Assembly (NCBI GenBank): GCA_944380295.1
Contig: CALWHE010000001.1
Span: forward strand, 1,172 to 65,171
DNA: 64,000 nt
Source of the DNA: an uncultured Christensenellaceae bacterium
Lineage (GTDB): Bacteria; Bacillota; Clostridia; Christensenellales; UBA3700
Direction: 5' to 3'
Below the pieces are notes generated by a model. That model did not search any database, was not told the DNA's origin, and saw nothing but the letters and a program-made list of their open reading frames with translations. Shown here one piece after another: positions 1 to 9,093 of this stretch. The stretch's first letter is position 1, and every line of letters begins with the position of its first letter. A program made the position numbers and the translations under genes.

Positions 1-2
1 AC

Positions 3-1304
3 GTGAAAGCGTTCATGAAAGAGCAGCATGCGCCGTTTTTGAATCCGGCAACGCTCAAACCTTGCACCGCCGACGACCTTCGTCCGGTCTTTTGTGACGC
101 GGTGATAGAGCAGGAGCTGAACACCACGGACAAATTTATCGAGATCCCGGACGGCATACGCGAATTTTATCATATGTATCGTCCCTCGCCGCTGTGCCGC
201 GCGTATTTTTTGGAAAAGGCTTTGGACACGCCCGCGCACATCTATTATAAGTTCGAGGGCAACAATACGTCCGGCTCGCACAAGCTCAATTCCGCCATCG
301 CGCAGGTCTATTACGCCAAACAGCAGGGCATAACCTCGCTGACCACGGAAACGGGCGCGGGACAATGGGGCACGGCGCTTTCCATGGCGTGCGCGTTTTA
401 CGGCGTGGATCTGAAAGTTTATATGGTCAAAGTGTCCGCGCAGCAAAAGCCTTACCGCAAAGAAGTCATGCGCACATACGGCGCCGAGGTCATCGCCTCT
501 CCGTCCGACACCACGGAAGTGGGGCGCAGGATACTTGCGCAGATGCCCGATACGGGCGGCAGCCTGGGCTGCGCCATCTCCGAGGCGGTGGAAACGGCGG
601 TGAAAACGCCTAATTGCCGCTATGTGTTGGGCAGCGTGCTCGACCATGTGCTTTTGCACCAGAGCGTCATCGGTTTGGAGAGCAAGATAGCGCTCGACAT
701 GTTCGACGTTACGCCGGACATCGTGATCGGCTGCTGCGGCGGCGGATCCAACTTCGGCGGTTTGATAGCTCCCTTTATGGCGGACAGGCTGGAAGGCAAG
801 ACAAACACCGTCTTTATGGGCGTGGAACCGGCGTCCTGCCCCTCGCTCACGCGCGGCAAGTATGCTTACGACTTCTGCGACACGGGCAAAATGACTCCGC
901 TTGCCAAGATGTATACGTTGGGCAGCGGCTTTATCCCTTCGCCCAACCATGCGGGCGGCTTGCGTTATCACGGCATGAGCCCCATCGTGTCCAAACTGTA
1001 TCACGACGGGTATATCACCGCGCGCAGCGTTATGCAGACGGAAGTTTTCAAGGCGGCGGAACTCTTTGCGCGCACGGAAGGCACCTTCCCCGCGCCCGAA
1101 TCTTCGCACGCCATTGCCGCGGCTATCGACGAGGCGCTCAAATGCAAGGAGAGCGGCGAGGCAAAGGACATTCTCTTCGGGCTGACCGGCACGGGTTACT
1201 TCGACATGGCTGCCTACAAGGCGTTCAACGACGGCACCATGACCGATTACGTGCCCACGGACGACGACCTGAAAGTGGGCTTCGATTCTCTGCCCAAGGT
1301 CTGA
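3..1304 (+). CDS. TrpB-like PLP-dependent enzyme (tryptophan synthase beta-like, TrpB2 type); start at window edge uncertain (GTG 3 or ATG 15)
   Basis: 433-aa ORF. PLP-lysine context NNTSGSHKLN and glycine loop GCCGGGSNFGG are typical of the TrpB family. Hairpin plus T-run follows at 1323-1351. Confidence 0.8.
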   Translation: MKAFMKEQHAPFLNPATLKPCTADDLRPVFCDAVIEQELNTTDKFIEIPDGIREFYHMYRPSPLCRAYFLEKALDTPAHIYYKFEGNNTSGSHKLNSAIAQVYYAKQQGITSLTTETGAGQWGTALSMACAFYGVDLKVYMVKVSAQQKPYRKEVMRTYGAEVIASPSDTTEVGRRILAQMPDTGGSLGCAISEAVETAVKTPNCRYVLGSVLDHVLLHQSVIGLESKIALDMFDVTPDIVIGCCGGGSNFGGLIAPFMADRLEGKTNTVFMGVEPASCPSLTRGKYAYDFCDTGKMTPLAKMYTLGSGFIPSPNHAGGLRYHGMSPIVSKLYHDGYITARSVMQTEVFKAAELFARTEGTFPAPESSHAIAAAIDEALKCKESGEAKDILFGLTGTGYFDMAAYKAFNDGTMTDYVPTDDDLKVGFDSLPKV

Positions 1305-1322
1305 ACCAAGCAAAAACAGGCG

Positions 1323-1351
1323 GGCAGGCGCGATAAAGCGCCTGCCTTTTT
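1323..1351 (+). terminator. rho-independent terminator after the trpB-like gene
   Basis: GGCAGGCGC-GATAAA-GCGCCTGCC followed by T5. Confidence 0.75.
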
Positions 1352-1516
1352 CTTTGCCGAGGCGGAACGGCGCCAAGGTGTGCGGGCATTTTACGCCTGT
1401 CGAGGGGCAAAATGCGGCGGGCGGCTTGCAAAAGAGCGGACTGCTCGCGGGCATAAAGGAAGAGCAGCGCTCCTGTCCGCAAAGATGAGGGCAAAGCAAA
1501 TGCGGCTGCTGCCTGC

Positions 1517-1545
1517 AAAAAAACCGCCGGGCGGCGCCCGGCGGT
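1517..1545 (-). terminator. rho-independent terminator after the EEP gene
   Basis: Minus strand ACCGCCGGGC-GCC-GCCCGGCGGT followed by U7. Confidence 0.75.
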
Positions 1546-1567
1546 CTGTTTTGTTGCTCTGAGTTTA

Positions 1568-2455
1568 TCAGGCTATCGTTTTGAACTTTGCCGTCAGCAT
1601 CAGGTGATCGGAAAGATCGGACTGCGTGTTGAAAACTTCTTCAAGCGTCAAAGTGTTTTTGCTGTAGATCACATTGTCGATATAGGCGGGTTTGTTTTGG
1701 TCGCCGTCCGTGAAGAAAGAGGCAACGGGGTTTTCCGGCGTGCTTGCCGGCGCATATTTATCGCTGTTCATAAAAACGGCAAAGTCGTCCCAGCCGCCCG
1801 CGTTGAAGTCGCCCGTGAGGATCTGATAGGGGCAGGTGTCGGAGAGCATCAGCTCATAGACGAACTGCATCTGCGCCAGCCGCAGCAGCGTGCCGTCCGG
1901 CATGGTGGTGCCCGTATAGTCCAGGTGGGTGTTGTAAGCCGCCACCTGCACGCCGTTGATGGTGATGAGCGAGCGCGTCACCACGCGCGGTTCGATCGTG
2001 GCGTTGAAGAGGGTCATGTGTTCGTAAGGATAAGGCAGGAAGAGGGAAAAGCTGCTTTCCATCTTGTGCCGCGAAGCGGTCATGATGCCGTAATCTTCCC
2101 CGAAGTAATAACTCATCGTGGGCGCAAAGAAATATTCCTTCATCGCTCCGGAAGTGAGCGTGGAGATCATCTTGTCGCCCGCGCGTCCGCTTCCGTCCCT
2201 GTCCACTTCCTGCAAGCCGGCGATGTCCGCGCCCGAGGCGTCTATCTGTTCGCGCGCTTTGTCCATCATATCCTGAGTGGCGCCGCCCGAATGCAGATTA
2301 TAACTCACCACGGTGAACTCGATGTCGCCGCGCGCGCCGGTCACGCCCGCGTTGATGTCGTATTCGCCGCTTTTCGGCACGTCTTTGCAGGCGCAGAGGC
2401 AAAAAGTCAGAAGCGCCAAAAGCGCCGCCAAGCCTGCCGCAAGTTTTTTTCTCAT
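1568..2455 (-). CDS. endonuclease/exonuclease/phosphatase (EEP) family lipoprotein
   Basis: Start moved to ATG 2455. Lipobox signal MRKKLAAGLAALLALLTFCLCAC, SD GGGAGGAA just upstream, and C-terminal SDHLML motif typical of the EEP fold. Confidence 0.7.
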   Translation of the reverse strand: MRKKLAAGLAALLALLTFCLCACKDVPKSGEYDINAGVTGARGDIEFTVVSYNLHSGGATQDMMDKAREQIDASGADIAGLQEVDRDGSGRAGDKMISTLTSGAMKEYFFAPTMSYYFGEDYGIMTASRHKMESSFSLFLPYPYEHMTLFNATIEPRVVTRSLITINGVQVAAYNTHLDYTGTTMPDGTLLRLAQMQFVYELMLSDTCPYQILTGDFNAGGWDDFAVFMNSDKYAPASTPENPVASFFTDGDQNKPAYIDNVIYSKNTLTLEEVFNTQSDLSDHLMLTAKFKTIA

Positions 2456-2671
2456 AAAAATTCCTCCCGCAAGGTATTCGTTAATGATATTATAGCATAC
2501 AAAATTTTTCTTCTCAATAGTAAAATCGTTTTCTCCATAAAAGCGGCTTGACAGGCAAAATATGGCAGTTAAGGGGACCACTTTTGCGATTTTGTCAAAA
2601 ATGGACCCCTTAACTTGATTTTTTTATTGCAACATGGTATAATACAACCGTCCGAAAAAGGAGGGCGGCAT

Positions 2672-3901
2672 ATGAAATTGTTCACTCGTGAAAAGTATCT
2701 CAAAAAGATGCGCGGGTTTTATCATGATACGGAGATCATCAAGGTGATCACCGGCGTCAGACGTTCGGGAAAGTCCTGCCTGATGGAAATGGTCAGAGAG
2801 GAATTGCTGCAAAGCGGAGTTATGCCGGACAACATAATTTTCCTCGATTTAGACAGCAAGGCGCTTAGAAAAATCAAAACGGCGGATCGCTTGGAAGAAA
2901 CCATCGACGCTTTGAGCGCGGCGCAAGGGAAGAAATACCTGTTTATCGACGAGATACAAAACGTGAAAGATTTTGAAGAGGTCGTCAATGCATTCCGCGG
3001 CAGCGGCGAATATTCGATTTTTATCACGGGTTCCAATTCCTATCTGCTCAGCGGCGAACTTGCCACCAAACTCACCGGCAGATATGTGGAATTTGAACTT
3101 TTTCCGCTCAGCTTTGACGAATATTTGGATATGAAGGCTTTTTTGGGAAAAGAGGTGAACGCCAACTTGCAGGTGGAATTGAATAATTATCTGCAAGAAG
3201 GCGGTTTTCCCAAGGCGTTGGAATATGACGATTTTGCCGACAAGCGCACTTATGTCAGATCCGTCATCGGCGAGATATTCGACAAGGATATAAAAAAGCG
3301 CGTCAAATTGCGCAACACGGAAACGTTTGATAACATCAGGAATTTTATCATCAACAATTTCGGCGCGACGATCAGCGTGAGAGGCTTGCAGAAAGCTTTG
3401 TCGAAAAACGGCATAGAGATAAAACGCCCCACGCTGGCAAGATATATGGAAGTGCTCACGCAAAGCAAAATATTATACAGGTGCGACCGCTTTGACATGA
3501 AGTCAAAACGGGCGCTCAGCGGCGAGAAAAAATATTATCTTGCGGATATTTCATTCTATTTTGCCACGAATACCGATAACCGCATCAATTACGGTCCCGC
3601 ACTGGAAAACATGGTGTATATCTATGCAAGAAGCTTGGATTATGCGGTGAGCGTGGGCAGGATAGGTAAGTTGGAGTGCGATTTTATCATGCGCGACGTC
3701 ATGCTGAATTATTCTTACGTCCAAGTTGCATACACGATAAGCGAAAGCAAAAAAACCGAAGACAGGGAATACGCGCCGCTTGAATCGATAGCGGACAATT
3801 ACCCGAAATATGTTCTCACCACAGATTACTTGCTGCAAAACAGGAGCGGAGTGAAGCATGTGAATCTGCTTGAATTTATGAAAAGCCATTCCCGCTTTTG
3901 A
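2672..3901 (+). CDS. AAA+ ATPase of the AAA_14/DUF4143 type (COG1373-like), function unknown
   Basis: Start moved to ATG 2672 behind SD AAAAGGAGGG. Walker A GVRRSGKS, Walker B YLFIDEIQ, and the C-terminal region typical of DUF4143 proteins. Confidence 0.75.
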   Translation: MKLFTREKYLKKMRGFYHDTEIIKVITGVRRSGKSCLMEMVREELLQSGVMPDNIIFLDLDSKALRKIKTADRLEETIDALSAAQGKKYLFIDEIQNVKDFEEVVNAFRGSGEYSIFITGSNSYLLSGELATKLTGRYVEFELFPLSFDEYLDMKAFLGKEVNANLQVELNNYLQEGGFPKALEYDDFADKRTYVRSVIGEIFDKDIKKRVKLRNTETFDNIRNFIINNFGATISVRGLQKALSKNGIEIKRPTLARYMEVLTQSKILYRCDRFDMKSKRALSGEKKYYLADISFYFATNTDNRINYGPALENMVYIYARSLDYAVSVGRIGKLECDFIMRDVMLNYSYVQVAYTISESKKTEDREYAPLESIADNYPKYVLTTDYLLQNRSGVKHVNLLEFMKSHSRF

Positions 3902-3950
3902 GTAAAACGCCTGTGGCGGTCAGCCGCCCGGGGTAAAGTTTGATGAGCGT

Positions 3951-3981
3951 AAAAAAAGACAGGCAAACACCTGTCTTTTTT
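3951..3981. terminator. bidirectional terminator between the AAA+ ATPase gene and dapB
   Basis: A7-GACAGG-CAAACA-CCTGTC-T6. Confidence 0.7.
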
Positions 3982-3999
3982 GTGCACTTTTTGGCAGCA

Positions 4000-4755
4000 T
4001 TACTCGCTCAGCATCATGCTCATGTCATATTTGCCCGCGGGTTTTCCCGCCACATATTTGGCGGCGCGCACCGCGCCCACGGCAAAGATCATGCGGCTTT
4101 GCGCCTCGTGAGAGATGGTTATCACCTCGTCTTTGCCGATGAACATGACGTCGTGCTTGCCCACGATCGTGCCGCCGCGAATGGAATGTATGCCCATTTC
4201 CTGCACTTCACGGCGCTTGTTGTCCTCGTGTCTGCCGTAGACGAACTTTTTGCCGCCCTCGTATTGCGCCGCCACTTCCTTGGCGATGGTGACCGCCGTG
4301 CCGGAAGGGGCGTCCACTTTCATGTTGTGGTGCGCTTCCACTATCTCCACGTCATAGGCAAGCCCCAGCACGTTTGCCGCCCTTTTGGCAAGATCTATCA
4401 AAAGGTTTACGCCCAAAGAGAAGTTGCTTGCCTGGAAAACGGGCACTTTTGTGCTCATGGCGACTATTTTCTCTTGCTGCGCGGCGGAATAGCCGGTGGT
4501 TGCCAGCACCAGGGCGCAGCCTGACTTTTGCGCAAACGCCAGAATGTCTTCCAGTGCGTCGGGGCGGGAAAAGTCTATCAGCACGTCCACGTGCTCATGT
4601 GCGTTTTGTGCACTTTCATATACCGGGACTTTGACGGTGTCGGGAGAAAATTTGTCTACGCCGCACACCGCACGGATACCGTCCGCGTCTTTGAGGGCGG
4701 AGAGCACGTTTGCGCCCATCTTGCCGCCTATGCCGTAAATCAAAACGTCTATCAT
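4000..4755 (-). CDS. dapB: 4-hydroxy-tetrahydrodipicolinate reductase
   Basis: Start moved to ATG 4755. N-terminal Rossmann motif MIDVLIYGIGGKMG and the EAHHNMKVDAPSGTA signature of DapB. Confidence 0.9.
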   Translation of the reverse strand: MIDVLIYGIGGKMGANVLSALKDADGIRAVCGVDKFSPDTVKVPVYESAQNAHEHVDVLIDFSRPDALEDILAFAQKSGCALVLATTGYSAAQQEKIVAMSTKVPVFQASNFSLGVNLLIDLAKRAANVLGLAYDVEIVEAHHNMKVDAPSGTAVTIAKEVAAQYEGGKKFVYGRHEDNKRREVQEMGIHSIRGGTIVGKHDVMFIGKDEVITISHEAQSRMIFAVGAVRAAKYVAGKPAGKYDMSMMLSE

Positions 4756-4796
4756 GGTAACTCCTGTCCAAAAGCCCCGCTGGGCGGGGCGGTTTG

Positions 4797-5684
4797 TTAT
4801 TTTATCAGATCCAGCCCGCGCATGATAGCGGCGAGCTTTTCCGCGTTGCCCTCGCTCATGCGCGTGAGGGGCAGGCGCACCTCGTCCGAGCAGATGCCGA
4901 GCAGCGCGCACGCCTTTTTGGCGGGAATGGGGTTGACCTCGCAAAAGAGCGCGTCAAAGAAGGGTTGCAGCCTGAATTGCAGCGCGCGCCCCTTGTCGTA
5001 ATCGCCCGCAAGGCAGGCGTCTACCAGCTGTTTGGTGAGGGCGGGGGCGGCGTTGGATGCAACGGAGATAAGTCCCTTGCCGCCGGCGGCAAAGATGGGC
5101 AGCGCCAAACCGTCGTCACCCGAATAAAGGGTCATGTTCGAACCTTCTATCAGGCGCGCCGTTTCCAAGATCTGCGCCATGTTGCCGCACGCTTCCTTCA
5201 AGCCGATGAGCCTTGGCAGTTCATCTGCCATTTTTGCCGCCGTTTCCGGCTTTATGTTCACGCCCGTCCTGCCGGGCACGTTATAAGCCAAAACGGGCAG
5301 GTCGGTGGCGTTGCAAGCCGCCCTATAATGCTCCAAAAGCCCTTCCTGCGTGCATTTGTTGTAATAAGGCGTGACCACCAAAAGCGCGTCAGCGCCGTGC
5401 TTGGCGCCGCGTTTGCACGCCTGCACCATGGAGGCGGTGGAGTTGCTCCCCGCGCCCACCAGAACGGGCACGCGGTGGTTTATCTCGCGCACGGCAAACT
5501 CTATCACCTTTTCCTTTTCCTCGTCGGAGAGGGTGGGGGGTTCGCCCGTGGTGCCCAGCACCAAAAGCGCGTCCGCGCCGCCGGCTATCTGATATTCCAG
5601 CAGGCGGGCATAAGCGTCGTAGTCCACTTCGCCCTGCGGGGTGAAGGGGGTTATCAAAGCGGTAGCAAGCCCTTGAAACAGCAT
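4797..5684 (-). CDS. dapA: 4-hydroxy-tetrahydrodipicolinate synthase
   Basis: 295 aa. Motifs ALITPF, GTTGE and YNVPGRTG are typical of DapA. Sits between asd and dapB. Confidence 0.92.
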   Translation of the reverse strand: MLFQGLATALITPFTPQGEVDYDAYARLLEYQIAGGADALLVLGTTGEPPTLSDEEKEKVIEFAVREINHRVPVLVGAGSNSTASMVQACKRGAKHGADALLVVTPYYNKCTQEGLLEHYRAACNATDLPVLAYNVPGRTGVNIKPETAAKMADELPRLIGLKEACGNMAQILETARLIEGSNMTLYSGDDGLALPIFAAGGKGLISVASNAAPALTKQLVDACLAGDYDKGRALQFRLQPFFDALFCEVNPIPAKKACALLGICSDEVRLPLTRMSEGNAEKLAAIMRGLDLIK

Positions 5685-5694
5685 AATTTACTCC

Positions 5695-6732
5695 TTACTT
5701 TGCGCCGTGGATGAGTTCGGGCGCTTCCTTTATCATATATTCCGCTATCTGCACGGCGTTGCTTGCCGCGCCCTTGCGGATGTTGTCTGCCACGCACCAG
5801 ATGTTGCAGCCGCTCTCCACGGTGTCGTCCAGGCGCACTCTGCCCACGTAAACTTCGTCGTGACCGGTGGAGAGGATGGGCATGGGATAAACGTTGTGTG
5901 CGGTATCGTCCATGACCACAAGTCCTTTCTGACCCTTGAAGGCGTCGTATATGCCTTGCAGGGTGCAGGGCTTTTCAAACTCTACGTTGATGCTCTCGGA
6001 GTGGCTGTTGAGCACGGGCACGCGCACGGTGGTGGCGGTGACTTTTATCTTGTCGTCGCCCAGGATCTTTTTGGTTTCGTTGACCATTTTGATCTCCTCT
6101 TTGGTGTATCCGTTCTCCGTGAACACATCTATGTGCGGCAGGCAGTTATTGGCGATCTGGTAGGGGAATTTGACGGTTTTATACTCTTTTCCCGCCACAA
6201 ACGCCTTCAAGCCTTCCAGCAGGTCGTTATAGCCGGCAACGCCCGCGCCGGACACTGCCTGGTATGTGGAATAAACCACTCTTTTGATGCCGAACTTGTC
6301 GTAGAGGGGTTTGAGCGCCACCATCGCCTGAATGGTGGAGCAGTTGGGGTTGGCGATGATGCCGTTGTGCCAAGTTATGTCGCCGGGGTTGACCTCGGGG
6401 ACGACCAGGGGGACGTTTTTGTCCATACGCCACTGGGAGGAATTGTCTATCACCACGGCGCCGTGGGCGGCAAAGACGGGCGCAAAGCGCGCGCTTACGG
6501 AACCGCCTGCGGAGAAGAGAGCGATGTCGACGGGCTGTTTTTTGACGTTTTCTTCCGTCAGCTCTATGATGGTATGTTTTTTGCCCATGAAGTCCACCTG
6601 TTTGCCCGCGCTCTTGGCGGAGGCAAAGAGGTAATAGTTGTCTGCGGGCAAATTCTTTTCCGTGAGCACTTCCAAAAATTTGGAGCCGACCATGCCGGTT
6701 GCGCCTACGACGGCGATGTTGTATTTTTTCAT
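5695..6732 (-). CDS. asd: aspartate-semialdehyde dehydrogenase
   Basis: 345 aa. N-terminal VGATGMVG NAD(P) motif and active-site context NPNCSTI. SD AAAGGAG upstream. Confidence 0.92.
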   Translation of the reverse strand: MKKYNIAVVGATGMVGSKFLEVLTEKNLPADNYYLFASAKSAGKQVDFMGKKHTIIELTEENVKKQPVDIALFSAGGSVSARFAPVFAAHGAVVIDNSSQWRMDKNVPLVVPEVNPGDITWHNGIIANPNCSTIQAMVALKPLYDKFGIKRVVYSTYQAVSGAGVAGYNDLLEGLKAFVAGKEYKTVKFPYQIANNCLPHIDVFTENGYTKEEIKMVNETKKILGDDKIKVTATTVRVPVLNSHSESINVEFEKPCTLQGIYDAFKGQKGLVVMDDTAHNVYPMPILSTGHDEVYVGRVRLDDTVESGCNIWCVADNIRKGAASNAVQIAEYMIKEAPELIHGAK

Positions 6733-6842
6733 AAATATCTCCTTTTTGTCCGCCGCCTTGCGCGGCGGAACGGGTATGCTTTTGAGGTGCGGAGGGCTTA
6801 AAGCCGCGCCGCGGAGGCTGCCTTCTGCGCGGCGCGAGGCGT

Positions 6843-6869
6843 AAAAAAACGCGCTCGGAAGGAGCGCGA
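6843..6869 (-). terminator. riboswitch expression-platform terminator
   Basis: Minus strand CGCGCUC-CUUCC-GAGCGCG followed by U7, immediately 3' of the L-box aptamer. Confidence 0.7.
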
Positions 6870-6887
6870 CGGTAAACTTTTTGCCGG

Positions 6888-7047
6888 CTTATAGTGCTCC
6901 ATCCGCAGATGACAGTTGCAACGTTATTGGCGTTGCACCCAGCTTTCACCTCGTCGGGACGGCGGTAAAAACTTCGGCGGCTTTGCCTTTTTGCGGGGGA
7001 TCCCGACCCCTTTTTCCGCATACTTTTCGCGGCCGCGCCTCTATAAG
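6888..7047 (-). promoter_or_regulatory. lysine riboswitch (L-box) aptamer in the asd-dapA-dapB leader
   Basis: Minus-strand read CUUAUAGAGGCGCG...AGUAUGC...GCCGAAG...GGUGAAAG...ACUGUCAUCUGCGGAUGGAGCACUAUAAG. P1 pairs CUUAUAG with CUAUAAG. The conserved L-box boxes are recalled from memory of RF00168 members. Confidence 0.8.
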
Positions 7048-7054
7048 TAATTCG

Positions 7055-7083
7055 ATGATAACACAATTTTACGCGCTTGTAAA
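7055..7083 (-). promoter_or_regulatory. sigma-70-type promoter of the L-box/asd operon
   Basis: Minus strand TTTACA, 17 nt, TATCAT with upstream TGT. Predicted TSS lies a few nt before the aptamer. Confidence 0.5.
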
Positions 7084-7125
7084 GCGTTTGCCGCACATTT
7101 GGCGAAAAAGCGTGGGCAAATTTAT

Positions 7126-7154
7126 TTGCTTTTGCGGAAAAAATGTTGTAATAT
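7126..7154 (+). promoter_or_regulatory. candidate promoter of the 7225-11675 operon
   Basis: TTGCTT, 17 nt, TG-TAATAT. Confidence 0.4.
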
Positions 7155-7224
7155 CTTATTATCGCGTATAAGCCGCGCGGGAAAAAGCGCGCGGAGAGCG
7201 CGCATTAAATATTCGGAGAAAAAT

Positions 7225-8403
7225 ATGGCAAAAACAACGCAATATCTGGCATCCAAAATCGTCTTGCAGCGCGACCTGGCGCCCAAATCGGAAGACGCTC
7301 ACGGCGCGAGATCGGCGCGTCTGCGTGAAGTTTTGAGCGGCAACACCGCCAAGATGTTCACGCTCAACATTCTGACGATCCTCTTTGCGCTGCCGCTCAT
7401 CTGCGTGCTGATCATCTGGCTGCCCATCGAGGAGAGCAAAGCCGTTGCCGGCATGAATTTTTCCGCCAACCTGGGCATAGGATACGGCGCGGTGGACGAA
7501 ACGCTCGAAGGCATACGCGCCATTTACGACCTCAGGCAGCTGTTTATTTTGTGTTCCGTCACGCCCGGATTTATGATAATGTCCATCGGCGTTGCCGGCG
7601 CCATGCATGTTTTGCGCAACTATATGTGGGGCGTGGACGTCAAGCTGCTGCGCCACTTCGGCAGGGGCATAGCCAAGCATTGGTTCAAATATCTGCCCGT
7701 GTTCACGCTGGGCGGACTTATTTCCACTTCCGCGGGCTATTCGCTGATAGAAGTGTTGAAGCGCGAGGCGCTGTTCGGCTCCGCCGGCGCGGGATATTAC
7801 GTGTGGGTGGTGGTCTCCTTTTTGGCGCTGCTGTTTTTTGCCATGTTCCTGTTCGTATACATGCCCATGGCGGTGGCGTATCGCTTCAAGGCGGGTCAGC
7901 TGCTGAAAAACTGTTTTTATTCGGGGCTGATCGTCTTTGTCACCACGCTCATTCTGGTGCTTATTTTGGCGGGTATCCCGCTCATCGCCATTGCAAGCGA
8001 GATAGTCATGTATCTCATATACGGCTTTTTCCTGCTCTTCGGTTTCACGCTTTATCTGCTCATCATCACCGCATACGGGCAGTATGTGTGTGAAAATCTG
8101 ATAGAAGCGCAGCTGGATCTGCAAGAGGAGCAGGAGGCTAAAAAGGCGGAGCAGGAGCGCAAAGCCGCGGCAAAGCAGCAGGCGGCAAAGCAGCCCGCGC
8201 AGAACAGGAGCGCCGTGGCGGCATACAAGAAAAACCGCAAGGCAAAGCAGCAAAGCGCCCGTCCCGCCGCGCCCGTGCAGACGGAAGGGCAGCCGGCTTT
8301 TATCACGGAAGAAGAGGCGCAAAAGCTGCGCGAGGAGCAGAAGGCGGCGCAAAAGCCCGTCTACAAGGGCGGACCTTACAACAAGGGTAAGAAAAAGCAT
8401 TGA
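7225..8403 (+). CDS. polytopic membrane protein (possibly YesL/DUF624-like) with Lys/Ala/Gln-rich C-terminal tail
   Basis: Start moved to ATG 7225. Several long hydrophobic segments. Low-complexity tail QEEQEAKKAEQERKAAAKQQAAKQ. Family assignment is weak. Confidence 0.55.
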   Translation: MAKTTQYLASKIVLQRDLAPKSEDAHGARSARLREVLSGNTAKMFTLNILTILFALPLICVLIIWLPIEESKAVAGMNFSANLGIGYGAVDETLEGIRAIYDLRQLFILCSVTPGFMIMSIGVAGAMHVLRNYMWGVDVKLLRHFGRGIAKHWFKYLPVFTLGGLISTSAGYSLIEVLKREALFGSAGAGYYVWVVVSFLALLFFAMFLFVYMPMAVAYRFKAGQLLKNCFYSGLIVFVTTLILVLILAGIPLIAIASEIVMYLIYGFFLLFGFTLYLLIITAYGQYVCENLIEAQLDLQEEQEAKKAEQERKAAAKQQAAKQPAQNRSAVAAYKKNRKAKQQSARPAAPVQTEGQPAFITEEEAQKLREEQKAAQKPVYKGGPYNKGKKKH

Positions 8404-9092
8404 TATACGATCGGCTTGCCAAGGTCTACGAAAAGCTCATCGGCTTCGATCATCGCGGATACACGGCGTTCATCGCGCCGTATCTGCACGGGGAGGGGAT
8501 AGACCTTGCCTGCGGCAGCGGCGCGGCGACCCGTCTTTTGGCGGAGCGCGGCTTGAAGATGACGGGCGTGGATATCAGCGCGGAAATGCTGAAAGAGGCG
8601 GCGCGCCGCGGGGGAGCGCAATGGGTGTGCGCGGACATCTCCCGTCTGCGCCTGCCCGCGGAGAGTTATGATTTTGCCGTGTGCGTATGCGACGGCTTTA
8701 ATTATCTTTCGCCGCGCGCTCTCGCGCGCACGATAGCGGGCGTGCGTTCGGCTTTGAAGCCGGGCGGGGTGCTGGCGTTTGACGTGAGCACGCCTTTCAA
8801 GCTGAAAAGTCTTTTGGGCAATAAAGACTTTTTTTACGAAGACGGCGGGATATACCTGGGCTGGAACAACTTTTTAGGGCGCGGCGCGTGCGACGTGCAG
8901 CTCACCTGGTTCGTGCCCGCGGGCGGCGGCAAGTTTGAAAAGCATGAAGAAGACCACCGACTTTACGCGCACGAAAAGGCGTTTTTGCAAAAACTTCTCA
9001 AAGGTTTTGAGATAAAAATATACGACGGAGAAAACTATGGCGCGGTAAAAGCCCGCTGCAAACGCTGGCTTTTTTTGTGCAAAAAGGTCTGA
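8400..9092 (+). CDS. class I SAM-dependent methyltransferase
   Basis: TTG start overlaps the upstream TGA. SAM motif I IDLACGSGAATRLL and post-I acidic residue GVDIS. Confidence 0.75.
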   Translation: MIYDRLAKVYEKLIGFDHRGYTAFIAPYLHGEGIDLACGSGAATRLLAERGLKMTGVDISAEMLKEAARRGGAQWVCADISRLRLPAESYDFAVCVCDGFNYLSPRALARTIAGVRSALKPGGVLAFDVSTPFKLKSLLGNKDFFYEDGGIYLGWNNFLGRGACDVQLTWFVPAGGGKFEKHEEDHRLYAHEKAFLQKLLKGFEIKIYDGENYGAVKARCKRWLFLCKKV

Positions 9093-9093
9093 T

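Noticed and set aside
365-1336. Overlapping plus-strand ORFs 365-613 and 614-1336 inside the trpB-like gene.
   Set aside because: They are alternative-frame, Arg-rich translations with no independent signals. The trpB-like frame carries the family motifs.
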